Source of the DNA: Bigelowiella natans CCMP2755
Lineage: Eukaryota; Protista; Cercozoa
Assembly (NCBI GenBank): GCA_000320545.1
Contig: ADNK01002828.1
Span: forward strand, 30,323-94,322
Reading direction: 5' to 3'
Length of the DNA stretch: 64,000 bases
The position numbers and the translations under genes are program-made. Each line of letters opens with the position of its first letter. Positions within the stretch are counted from its first letter, which is position 1. The notes beneath the pieces are model-generated. The model was not told the DNA's origin, made no database searches, and saw nothing but the letters and a program-made list of their open reading frames with translations. Positions 26,583 to 37,774 of this stretch are shown piece by piece.

Positions 26583-27993
26583 TACATTTTTGTGGTGTTT
26601 TCACGTATGTGTTACGAGCATATTGTAAATTATATATTGTCTCCTCTTCCGAAGTACATTTATATTATATATTATAATAGAATATTTATAATATGTATAT
26701 TGTTTATGGCGTGCCTGTGTTTTCAAACTAAGACTAACATGCAAAATCTACAATCAATCGCCCCACCCTGCGCCCTTCCCCAAACATAAAGAATGAATTA
26801 TGTAGAACCTGCTGTGGAGTGAGACGTTCAAACACCCCATCGCAAGCCAGTACCAAGAAGTCCTATGATCATGATGATGATGATGATCATGATCATGATC
26901 ATGATGATGATGATGATGATATAGTAGTAGTAGTAGTACCCCATGCTTGGCAAGAAATGATGAGACTTCTGGGGTTGCAACCACTGATTGCTCTGTGAGA
27001 CGCTTCTCCTTCTAAATTGTGGTGTTAAAGGTTGATAGATAATTATTAGTTTGATTATGCTAATAGGTACAAACAAACATAACACATCATGCTTGCTAGA
27101 ATGCTGCTGCCGCTGCTGTTATTATTATTGTTGTTGTTGCACGTTTTTCTTATGTCTTAGATCTCCAAAGGCCCGTGAGACAGCAAGATCACCTATTATT
27201 ATCATCATCATATTATCATTATTATGACTTTCATTTGTATGTTGATTCTAGGTGAGAAAGATGGTCTGTTGGTATCATGATGATGATTCTAGGTGAGAGA
27301 GATGGTCTGTTAATATCATGATGATGATGATGATGATAATGATAACGACATAATTTACCATTTACTCTATCCTTGAATACGTAGCCACCAGCCTGAATAC
27401 AAAACAATATACAAAGAAGAAGATCATAGTCCTCCTCCTCCTCCTCCTTTAATATTTCTCTCTATCATTATTTCCTTGCTGAACCCCTTCTCTTATCAGA
27501 ATCATAGGAAAAATACTAACTAACACGGCTAGGAGTGGTCGTCGTAAGAATATTGATATATTTATTACTCTACTACATACCTTGACGATTCTTAGCTGCT
27601 CTATATCACGGGTAGGTTTATGATCGATAGTTAACTCTTGGCATTCTCCGCTATTGTGAAATGTGAATATGGTGATAAATTGTGGTTTTTCTCAATCATC
27701 ATATTATTACCAACATTGACCCAATGTTATAATGAGTAGCGATTCTAGTTGTAGCAAGCACTAGCACCAACCTTGATCTTACTAAAAGAGCCTTCGAGTC
27801 TCCTACATTAGCTATTGTAATCCGAAACGAGGGGCTGTTACTGTCGTCATCGTCGTCATCGTGTTCTTCTTCTTCTTCTCTCTGCATACATATATTTGAT
27901 CATTCAAAAATCAATTAGAATATGTCGTAGGTTAAACTCTTAAAAATGCTATTACGCAGTGATCATCAGTTCTGCTCTTTTTATATAATTGTA

Positions 27994-28039
<46 letters not shown>

Positions 28040-29545
28040 TAATATAAATATATTATCCATCCCCTCTCACCAACCCCTCCAACTACCCATAATATAATTA
28101 TTACCTCAGGATTCTTGTTATTGTTGTTGTTGTTCTTCTTCTTCTTCTTGACATGTGTTGTAGTAGTAGTAGTTCCGGATACGTTTGCTGCGTTGGGAGA
28201 TTTTGGCGACCAAGACTGGGAACCCCTTTTATGCTGCTGCTGCTGCTGCATGCTTCCATCCTTACCACTCGAATAATAATCACTACTAGTATTCCCTACA
28301 CCTGCACTCGCTGTGGAGTGATGCTGCCCCCCCGTAAAACCAACCTAAATTCGATGACGATGACGACAATATCAACGGGAAGAAAGAGCAGTCATACGCT
28401 TGGTGCACCAACTGCTATTCAAAAGACTACTGATTATGGAGAATACTGCTACTGCTACTACTACTGACAATGGTTTTTATTTTCTGAGTACCTGAGAGTG
28501 ATCTATGATAGCCACTACTGCTGTCGATCCAGACTCACTGTTGGTGGTAACAATAATGTATGTGTGTTGTATTGGTATCACCAATTAAGAAGAACGTGAA
28601 CATCATTTCTTATTTTTTGTAACAAGGTAATTGTTGCAGGACCTACTACTACTACTGCTGATACTACCACTACCTCTGAAACGATGATTTTGGATCTACA
28701 AATCGTGCATCAAGCCGTTCCAATGCCTTGGTTAGGGCTTTGGGGTCGTGCGGATCCTGTAATGTCGTCGTGAAGTTGTGAGTGAGGTTGATTGGCGGCC
28801 ATCAAGGGGGAGGAGGACGAGAAAGTACTTGACGACAGAATAACGAAGAATGAAGTGTCACTGAAACCTTCAATTCTGCAATTGCTGTTCCCATTTGTTT
28901 ACGCAGGAATGCAGAGCAGTGAGATCCATTATGGCCATCATAGACTCCAAATAAAGATGTCTGAGTATATGGTAGTATTTAATGTTGTTCGACGACTGCT
29001 ACATATTATTATCTCTCAAATCACATATCATCATTGCACTTAAGGTAGAACTTGGTGGAGTAGTAGTAGCTTTAATAATCGATATTAATATGTAGTGTCG
29101 TACCCCTGGAAGATCCGGGCAGAGGTCAAGTCTTATATGAATCTGACATCAGCATTATCATCTCTCCAATTAGAATGTAATGATATGTGCCAAATTGGTG
29201 TGCATAAGGCACCTCGTCCTCCATGCTTAAGCGCCATCCTTGCATCTCGGCACTTCCTACGCATAGAGAGCCTACACGAAGCATTTCATCCAAAATAGTG
29301 TATCAGATTAATGGAGAAGCTTGATGGGAATGAGTAGCATTTCATCCAAAATAGTGTATCAGATTAATGGAGAAGCTTGATTAGAAGTAGTAGTTGTTCA
29401 ATGCTCAAATCGTAAGTCGGCACAAATTACTCGACGACGATTACAAAAGACGAGGACACTGTCACCCTATCTAAGCTCAACCGTTGTAAGTTGCAGTTCG
29501 CGCCAAGCTTTTGCTCATCAGAGGATATGGTAAACCCGCCCCCAT
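24027..29545 (-). CDS. PP2C/PPM-family protein phosphatase, multi-exon
   Basis: Exons in order: MGAGLPYPLMSK, CVGSAEMQGWRLSMEDE, LFGVYDGHNGSHCS, ESGSTAVVAII, IANVGDSKALL, LTIDHKPTRDIEQLRIVK|AGGYVFKDRVNG|DLAVSRAFGD, VVATPEV, DFLVLACDGVFE, SLYRGSKDNMSCLIV. All conserved PP2C motifs are present. The 3' end is approximate. Confidence 0.93.
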
Positions 29546-30390
29546 TATTTTTCACTTCAGGTAGGCAATTAAAGGGGCGGGAGGAATCGTATCAGAAGGC
29601 CGGTAGCTGGAGTGATCCTTAAGAAATGCGATTGGCACTCTATTTAAGTACTACGACAAACCATTTATTGGATCAAATCTAGAAAATAAGAACAAATGCC
29701 TAAATTTAGTTAAAATAGCCACCCGAAGTCAAAATTTATACCAAATGTCCTTCTTTTTAGATGTTGTCATTATATAAGGCTAGTATACAATGGCATTTTT
29801 ATTCGACGTCAATGATATTAGAAGACATTACGTTTGAATTGGCAGTGTTCCGTTATATAACCCATTTTGCATTTATTATTCATTCGATTGGGGGGGGAGC
29901 TACTACTCGTACAAGCTTCTCACTCTGAAAGCAGAATTCCTCTGCTTCTAGCACCGAAAAAGTCATCCCTTGCTAAATTTTATCCACGGGAAGAATTTCG
30001 TGATTTGGTTGAGCAGATAGATAGAGAACTGACTTCTTAAATTGTCTTCGTTATCAGACTGCCGATCGACGTGCGAATTTAGTTCCTTCACACTGATTTT
30101 AGGCATAAATAGATTCAATACAAGATCTTTCCGTAAACAAAAAAGGAAACAAACGAAATCTCTTTGGCACACTGAGCAAGTAAAATTCCTAACTTTCTCA
30201 ACAGGAGTTCACCTTTTCAGCTAATTTGTTGCATTTCAGGTTGCCCTAATCATTCGTTATCATTTAAATTTCCAGTGGAAAAAAAATGGAAAATTTTGAC
30301 ACTGTAAGAAGATTATTGTCTTGATGATGTACTTGTATCTGTTGTAGATATAGCTAATACAATTACTATTATTTTGTTTTCCCCCTACAG

Positions 30391-31105
30391 AATATTTCCA
30401 AGGCCCTGCTGAGTGAACTTGAGGAGATTAAATCAAAAATCCTTAGAGCGGCCAAAAGGGTGATTTCCTTTCATTCGCTGCCGATTTATGTTGTGATCAT
30501 TCGTGTGCTATGATGGCACAGGATTCGGCGTTGGGACAGCAAATCTCAACAGAAGATTGGCGAAGAATGAAGCAGGTGTGTGCAATTCGTCTTACAGAGA
30601 CCGTCTTTTTGAGAATCCATTTGATCATCGACTTGAATTTAGATTAACGAAAAATTGGAGCATCTTGGATCGAGAGGGGGCTCGAGAGGCACATTAGCCA
30701 GGGACCGAAAACAGGTCATAAAGTCATTGAATATTTTCAACAATTTTAGTTTTCAAACTTTGTGAAATTCGTCAGAAATCCCCATTATCAAGTGCTGGAG
30801 AATATTTGATGACTGGCGATATGGCACGAAAAACGACACCAAAACCTGTCTCCAGCGGAGAGCGCACCCGTGAGCAAGAGATACTTAAACATCAGAGCGT
30901 TGGGGAGGTCCTCCTTGAAGAGATAGTGTTTCAAGTTTGAGGGTTTTCTTACAATGATCAGGAACGATCTTTGACTATGTTGTATCGTTGGTGTGTATAA
31001 ATCGTAGCTCGAAAAACTTGCAAGAAGAGCACGGCCAGTGCCGACAATTGATTACCGTCCAGATGGGGAGTATCGAGCTGGAAGCACTCTAGATGTATGT
31101 GTGGA

Positions 31106-31142
<37 letters not shown>

Positions 31143-31184
31143 GTTGAGTAAATATGTTGAGTAATGTTGGGTAATTATATAAAT

Positions 31185-31238
<54 letters not shown>

Positions 31239-32310
31239 GCGAGAAACAACTTTATGCTTAATTATCAACTTTGTTTACCATGGGTCAGGGCGTCCATCCT
31301 ATCATGCAATATACTATGATCCAGGACACCCCTAATGGTCTGACATATATAACAACAACTTATGTTTTCTTTGTATACCCGCAACCGAGGAGGGGGGGGA
31401 GAGCGGAAAACGCCATTGATTATGATTGTTACTTACAGTGGAAAAGAAGCTGTCCAGCATTGCAAGCTTCGTGCATAATGTCTCTGCCCCAACTCACCCA
31501 CATCTCGTGAAAGGTGGTGTACCATAATTTGGTTTTATGATTATCACCGCCATCGTATGTTACCATCATTGAAGTCTACATCTATATTTCTCTCATGTAT
31601 GCATGATTAATTATCAAGGCCGGGGAAGGATGAGATTAATGAGACCAAATCGAAATCCCATATTGGATGAACCACCAAAAAGACCTATAGGAAAGATGGT
31701 ACTTCTTTCTACCATAAAGCAAACTGATATCCATAAAAATAATGCTACTTTCATTTGCAACTAAGTTCTAATATTATCCAGGTACGTGATATTCGACGTC
31801 GAAACCCAATACTAGATGGCGAGGAGCTCAATACTAAATTCACGAAAAAGATGATGGAGGTTAGTAAAGTTGAAGCACTGCAAGTTCATTTCTAATTATT
31901 TTTCTGTATTTAGCCCAAAATTGTCCCACTTGAAGATAGAGAATTTAAACACGTGTTCACGAGGAAAATGGTAATTTGTCAAAATCAGTCCGTCAGCACA
32001 TTATCATCTGCTCCCTATAACCAATCTCCAAGAGAGGTTCTTCCATGGATAACTTTGTTATATGATTGTTGTACATCCTAGGTTCCAAATCCATTCGCTC
32101 CGAAGAGAAATCCTATTATGGATTTTCAGCAAGGGCCTCCACCGGTAGTAGCTAGCAATTGCGACGTGGTAGAGTACGGTGGGAGATGTGATAAAAATTG
32201 ATTATTATACGTTGTTTTCTCAACAGGAGCAGAGAAGGGAAAGAAAGAAAATAGATATGTGGTTTGATAAGAAGAAACCAAAGAACCTACCCATAGGGAT
32301 GCTCGGATAG
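30391..32310 (+). CDS. Unknown protein with three RNPI motifs and short introns; possibly disrupted
   Basis: Clean GT-AG exons: NISKALLSELEEIKSKILRAAKR, DSALGQQISTEDWRRMKQ, LEKLARRARPVPTIDYRPDG, RPNRNPILDEPP, VRDIRRRNPILDGEELNTKFTKKMME, PKIVPLEDREFKHVFTRKM, VPNPFAPKRNPIMDFQQGPP. One exon has a TAG at 30695-30697 and some phases do not join. Confidence 0.5.
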
Positions 32311-32559
32311 ATTGTAATTTATCATGCCGCATTAGACGATGCGGTAACAAACGTCCGCAACATCTCGAAAGCAATCGAGGATGCTAATAAAAGGACGTAA
32401 AGTGTACACCATCAAAATATGCAAAATGCATTGCTATGTATCATACATACACAAAACAAGTTTCTTTCGAATTATTACGTTATCTCTGTTGTCCATGCAT
32501 GCTGCAGCCAATAGACAACAAGGCTTCTATATTTCTCATGCACTACTTTGTGTATCGCA

Positions 32560-34560
32560 TCGAAAACCAGAACAAGGTCTCTGATGTATACACGCACGCA
32601 CACACATCGCACTCACACATACACACTCGTGTTGTGTTTGTGTGTGTGTGTGTGTGTTGCATCACACATGCGCATCTAGGCATAGCATGTCGCACGTCGA
32701 TCGGTGTCTTTCGATGGTGCGTGCAACATGCGCCCAGCACGTATGTGTTTTGTTTTCGATTCGTTGCTCCTGCTACCCGCCCTCCATCTAGCCGCAACAC
32801 CCTTACTTCGCCTTCATTCGTTGTGACACGCCCTCATACAAGCTGTGTTTTCTTTTCAGCATTGGCAGCGACATCACGCACATGCGTCTACACACGCAGC
32901 GACACACAATGGACGTGCTTGGTGATGTGACACACATTGCACACAACGTGTGCCGATGAAATGAAGAGTGCATTCACCTGGACACGCGACGTGCATTCAT
33001 CTGCACACCTTTGCAGCGCGTGCGTGCTCGCTCTAGCGCCATCCATCGTTTTTCTACGAGCGTAGTGCATCATGGCATGTGTCATTTTATTTGTTCACAC
33101 GTGCATGCATGCGCTGTCGTCACGCGGTGCTAGCGCTAGAGCGGTGACCATGTCTGGCGGAGGTGGGCATGCGCTGATCACTGCTAGATCAGATCACCAG
33201 CTAGATCAAGACGTGCAGACATGTTCCAGAAAATGTGAATGCGCCATGCCGCCAATCAAGCAATGCACGTGTGTCTGCTGCATGCGTGCCAGCGTGGATC
33301 ACAGCAGGAGCGAGGGTTCATTCCTTGATTCCATCTGCTCGCACAATTGACGATGGTTGTAGTGCCATGATGATGTGTCTATTATCATGGCACACTTGAT
33401 CATGATCGAGTCTGCTCGCTGCGAGGCCACGCTCTGGCGCCGTGCTTGTCACAGCGCTGAAGCGCTAGACTAGCAGAGCGTGTCGCCGCAACTGGGCAAA
33501 TGTAATTCGTCACACAATGGACACAGCACATGCTGTGTTGCACACATCACAGGTGCGTGTGTCTGTGGTCACAGCTGTGCATGACAATGGACGTGCACAG
33601 TGCGAGATGATGCGCATTTGTTTGTCGTCGTGACATCGCAACAACTGATTCCTTGTTGGTCTTCTAGCTGGGAGTCCACAACCATTCTTGTTTCACGAAG
33701 AAGACGGTGATGTGTGCGATTGTGGTTCGAGAAAATCAAAACCTGAATGGTGGCGTAGACCGAACTCCGAGGTCATCTCACACCAAAACAGCTGATGTCA
33801 CGAATGCCGACGCAAATTGGCCAGAGTTTTGCCTGCTGAGAAATGACAAATCATTGGAACTCACTTGCAATGCTCACGATTGGTCATCGAGACATTCTCA
33901 GCGCATTTCAAGAGATGAAGTCAAATTGACGCTTGATTCGTGATTTTCTGCAGGGTGAATGACAATGACACCAACCATTGCAACCCATTGCTCTCTGAGG
34001 CCTTTTCCACCCGAAGTTTTTGATTGCATCATCACTTCATCCCCTCTCGTCGCTTTGACGTGGGGCTACCCGTGCATCATCCGCAGAATCCACCACGCGT
34101 GATGAGCATTGGCAGTCATGGCAGCAGCTTTCGTCGTTTGCACATTGCGAAGTTGCGAAGCTGCACGTCGTGCACGATGTGCAGGATTTCCAACGCCGAT
34201 CGAGTCGCACGCACAATCAGAAACCGAGGAACAGTCACCTGTCGCCCCACATGCTTTGAAGTCGCAGGGACAGTCCCCGTTTACGCAGGTGCTTGGGGAA
34301 CAACAAAAGCACCACACAACACGTGCGCACGTCCATTGCAAGGAGGAGGGTTCTGGACACTCACACAAGAATGTTGATCATCACCTCAATGAACAATGAA
34401 CAATGAACAATGATGATGAACTACATTTCCAAAACGTCACAAGACATTTGCATTGTGCGAAACGCAGTGCCTCGAACTAGCTTCAGTGAGGACTGTGACC
34501 AGTGAACTCGCAGGTTCGCATCATTGGTTCTGCTCTGGAGCTTCAAACAACAATGAAGAA
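32560..34560. mobile_element. TpA-depleted degenerate repeat island B (same family as island A)
   Basis: 16 TpA in 33121-34560, 13 of them in CTA/TAG context. Its 3' end is homologous to island A. Confidence 0.6.
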
Positions 34561-34767
34561 TGAAATCCCTTTGAAATGAAGCCATTTTTGTTATGCGTCT
34601 ACTCAGATATCCTTTAATCAGATAGAAATCCGCTTCTGTGTGCTTGCAGGGTCAGAATTTTTGTTACGAAACACCTTGGCACATGGATTGCAAAGCCCGA
34701 GATGTTCCAGATATTTTTGGATAGTCTCCACTGTCGAATCCCGGCATTCGGACATAACAGGGTAAAA

Positions 34768-34950
34768 CACGTAGATTAGATCTATTAGATCTACACAAAA
34801 AAAGAAATAGATCTAGATCTAGATCTAACCACGAATAAAGCTAAAAATCTTTCATCGCAGGAGTGCAACCAAAGAAATTTGTGGAACATCTTGAATCTTG
34901 AATCTTTTCAACCTTGAATGATCTAACAATAGATCTAAATTCATGGACGA
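34768..34950. promoter_or_regulatory. (TAGATC)n/AGATCT motif cluster upstream of duplicated gene copy 1
   Basis: tagattagatctattagatcta, tagatctagatctagatcta and tagatcta. The same motif cluster precedes copy 2. Function is inferred only. Confidence 0.3.
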
Positions 34951-35136
34951 CATTGTTCTGCGATCTCATCACTCAGTTTTGTTGCAGCTTTCTTCGGAGC
35001 CGCATTTGCAAAATATGTGGTAAAAAAAGGCTTGCATTTTGTTCAGAATGAGTATCGGCTCCCTTCGTTTGAGAAAGAAATCCACTTCTGTTTGTTGTTG
35101 CACAGTTACGCCAGTGTCCACAGGCAGTTCGTTAAC

Positions 35137-35554
35137 ATGTCCTGCACCAACTCCACGCTCAACAAACTCAATGCACTGATAAAATGCAACAAGAAAGAAG
35201 CAAAGGTAGTAGACGGTTGAGTGCAGAATATTCCTATACCTTAAGTTTTGCGCTTCAATGTTTTGTTAGACCCTCATCGTGGTGCATGGTCCATACATGA
35301 ACTGAGGGCGTTGGAACCACAACATCTTACGAGTTCATGAGTTGATCATGAATCTTACCGATGCTGGATTTCATGTCCAGCTTAAGCATGATATGAAGGA
35401 AACTACTTGGGAAGACCACGGAGATGTTTCTGTTGAAGACATCAAGGGCAGAACTCTCGCCTATGGAAAGCAAGTCGTCCACAACAAAAACTTTTCGAAG
35501 TCTAAGAAGGCATTTGATGATTTAGCTAAGACTGCAATTTCCAAAGTTGAATAA
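35137..35554 (+). CDS. Candidate selenoprotein, UPF0728/C10orf53-like, 117 aa, copy 1 (exons 35137-35205, 35270-35554; TGA 35303-35305)
   Basis: Spliced: MSCTNSTLNKLNALIKCNKKEAK|TLIVVHGPYMN(TGA)GRWNHNILRVHELIMNLTDAGFHVQLKHDMKETTWEDHGDVSVEDIKGRTLAYGKQVVHNKNFSKSKKAFDDLAKTAISKVE*. The pattern GPY..G..H..R...L...L...G..V.L resembles UPF0728 (recalled, not searched). Confidence 0.6.
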
Positions 35555-35610
35555 CTAAAAGTTGAAAAAGTAATTTTTGAAGAGCATAATGACAGTGTTT
35601 GAAACATCAC

Positions 35611-35680
35611 TTCCGCTCCAGCTAACCGTTGAAGGATGCATCCAAAAGCTTTCAGAGTGCAAATGCATCCAGAGGAACTT
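35611..35680 (+). promoter_or_regulatory. Candidate SECIS-like hairpin, copy 1
   Basis: TGAA-ggatgcat-cc-AAAA-...-atgcatcc-AGAG, with 11 nt from TGA to AA and 26 nt from AA to GA. The base before TGA is T rather than A/G and helix I is weak. Confidence 0.3.
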
Positions 35681-36529
35681 GAATCAACAACATGGAACAT
35701 TGGTGATACTTTTCCTTTGAGAACAAGGAGAATCATTCCTTTAAGAACAAGGAGGACTATCAACCACGTGTGTTGTAGCTAAGCAGTGGCGGGCATCATG
35801 CACCGCATTTACTAGTTCAACTGGGAATGGACGTGAAACATGTCAACAATTTGTCAATTTGGATTGTCTTTCTCATGTGCATTTGGTGCACACGCAGGCA
35901 ACCTGTCATTGTTATCATGCAGCTTGTTTCATTGATTTTTTGGGTTTTGTTCTGATGCAAAATGATGGACATGGCGATGTGATGTGCACAAAATATGCAA
36001 TGTGCGCACGCTAGCATGTCCATGATCCCAATGAAATGTGTGCAATGTACACTCGCCTACGCACACATCTAGACATGTAAAAACTTTGGCACCGCATAAG
36101 CGTTCTGCCACGCGCAATGATGAATCTAATTCTACCAAACTCACAGATAAAATGAAAAGACTGTGTGTGTTTCATGCAGCTTGCATGATCTGATCTAGCG
36201 ATGAAGATGTGGTCAGTCCATTTTTTACATCAGCCATACCAATTTTCGCGATGGAAGTACGTGTACTTAGGCAGTTATGCAACCCTTATAGAACAATCTA
36301 TGGCGTTTCATCATTATTAACAAATGTTGCAACAATGCAATATGGGCACATACGATGTAATGACTGGCAGTCGTTTGCAGCAATGCCATTGTACGGTCTA
36401 GCTGTAGCTAGCGTGACAATTAGATCAACAACATTTTCATGCACAGAAACATGAGCAAACATCAGTCATCATATGTCTAATGTGCTTTACGACTCGCAAA
36501 ATGTTACATTATAGCCCATCTACGTCTCA

Positions 36530-36812
36530 TTACAGCTTTGACTTCGATTTTTCTTCTTCAGCAGCCTCGCTCAGTTCTTTCGAACGCTTTGCTGCCGCCT
36601 AGAAGATGGCGACGGTTTTAGTGGATATAATGAGAAGGGGACATCAAACCTTTACATTACATCAAGGGGAAAAAAACAATCTTGCAATCTTTACCTCGAC
36701 AGCATTCATCACGCATCCTCTGAACCCAACCCTTTACAATAGAAGTAATTCCAACATTGTAAGTGGAATTCGGGCTATGCCAAATGTCAGTATGATGAAA
36801 AAGTTAAAGATA

Positions 36813-36850
<38 letters not shown>

Positions 36851-37712
36851 GAAATGGAGTGGAACGCAGTTGTCATTAATATTTGATTTCAAGTTTATAA
36901 AAACTACTCTTGATTAACTTCGTGCAATATTGAGTTTCGCTATCACCTTTCCAAAGCATGTATTCCAGCAATTGTTGTGCCCCCTGGAGATGCTACCTAT
37001 CCGTAATAATTAGTCGTAACACATCACTTATTACGAACACGTACGAGTGCAAAGTCCTGACGTCGTTTGTACTGAGTGTACTACCTTGTCTTTAAGCAAC
37101 CCAGGATGTTCTCCTATCAACGAATATTTAAAAGAAGAAGATTAGTATGACGATCAGGGATTATAATATTCGCTTTTTAGTATATCTCAGTAGTGTGAAT
37201 GCGCACGTATAGGTGAGTGAGTAAGTGTACATTGAATTTACCTGTCTCGAGCACCATTTTTGCAGCTCCAAAGACTGTTTGTGCCGCCTGACAATACACA
37301 ATTTGACATCGAAATGTTTTATGAGACAATAATTTATGGGTAAACAGCAGCTACTGTTCAGCTGCAGTCTCTGCACTGATTGGAAGAGCATCAGTTTCAG
37401 CAGCAGCAGTTTAAGATGATAGTATTCATTGGCGAAGAAGAAGAAGAAGAAGAAGAAGAAGAAGAAGAAGAAGAAGAAAAAGAAGCATGTATGCTTTGTT
37501 AACACACATACTATTTTGTTTTATCTTTTTATGTTTTCTTCACCACTCAAAATCCACCACCACAAACATCACCATACTATTATTATCAGTGGGAAAAAAG
37601 ACGCATAACTATACCAAATTTAAAGCAACAGATCTAGGAAGACCCATGCGTACACCGCCGTCTGCCATCGCCTTAAAGCAACAATACAAATATCAAAAAT
37701 ACACACGTACAT

Positions 37713-37774
<62 letters not shown>

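Larger units (their letters stand above)
34963..35880 (+). repeat. 918-bp direct repeat, copy 1
   Basis: Matches 40833-41749. I see only three differences: a C/T at 35000/40870, a 1-nt intron indel, and CA/TA at 35844/41713. Confidence 0.95.

Noticed and set aside
15072-30697. TAG reassignment suggested by in-frame TAGs at 15072-15074 (-) and 30695-30697 (+)
   Set aside because: Conserved genes here have no internal TAG/TAA and the PDF gene ends in TAG at the expected position. Local disruption is simpler.
35589-35632. Alternative ATGA-type SECIS core downstream of the duplicated gene
   Set aside because: No complementary helix II between the ATGA arm and the GA arm.
35555-35782. Reading the duplicated gene as a longer multi-stop pseudogene continuing past the TAA
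   Set aside because: The frame after the TAA has further stops and no recognisable homology, and the TAA falls where UPF0728-like proteins end. It cannot be fully excluded without homologues.
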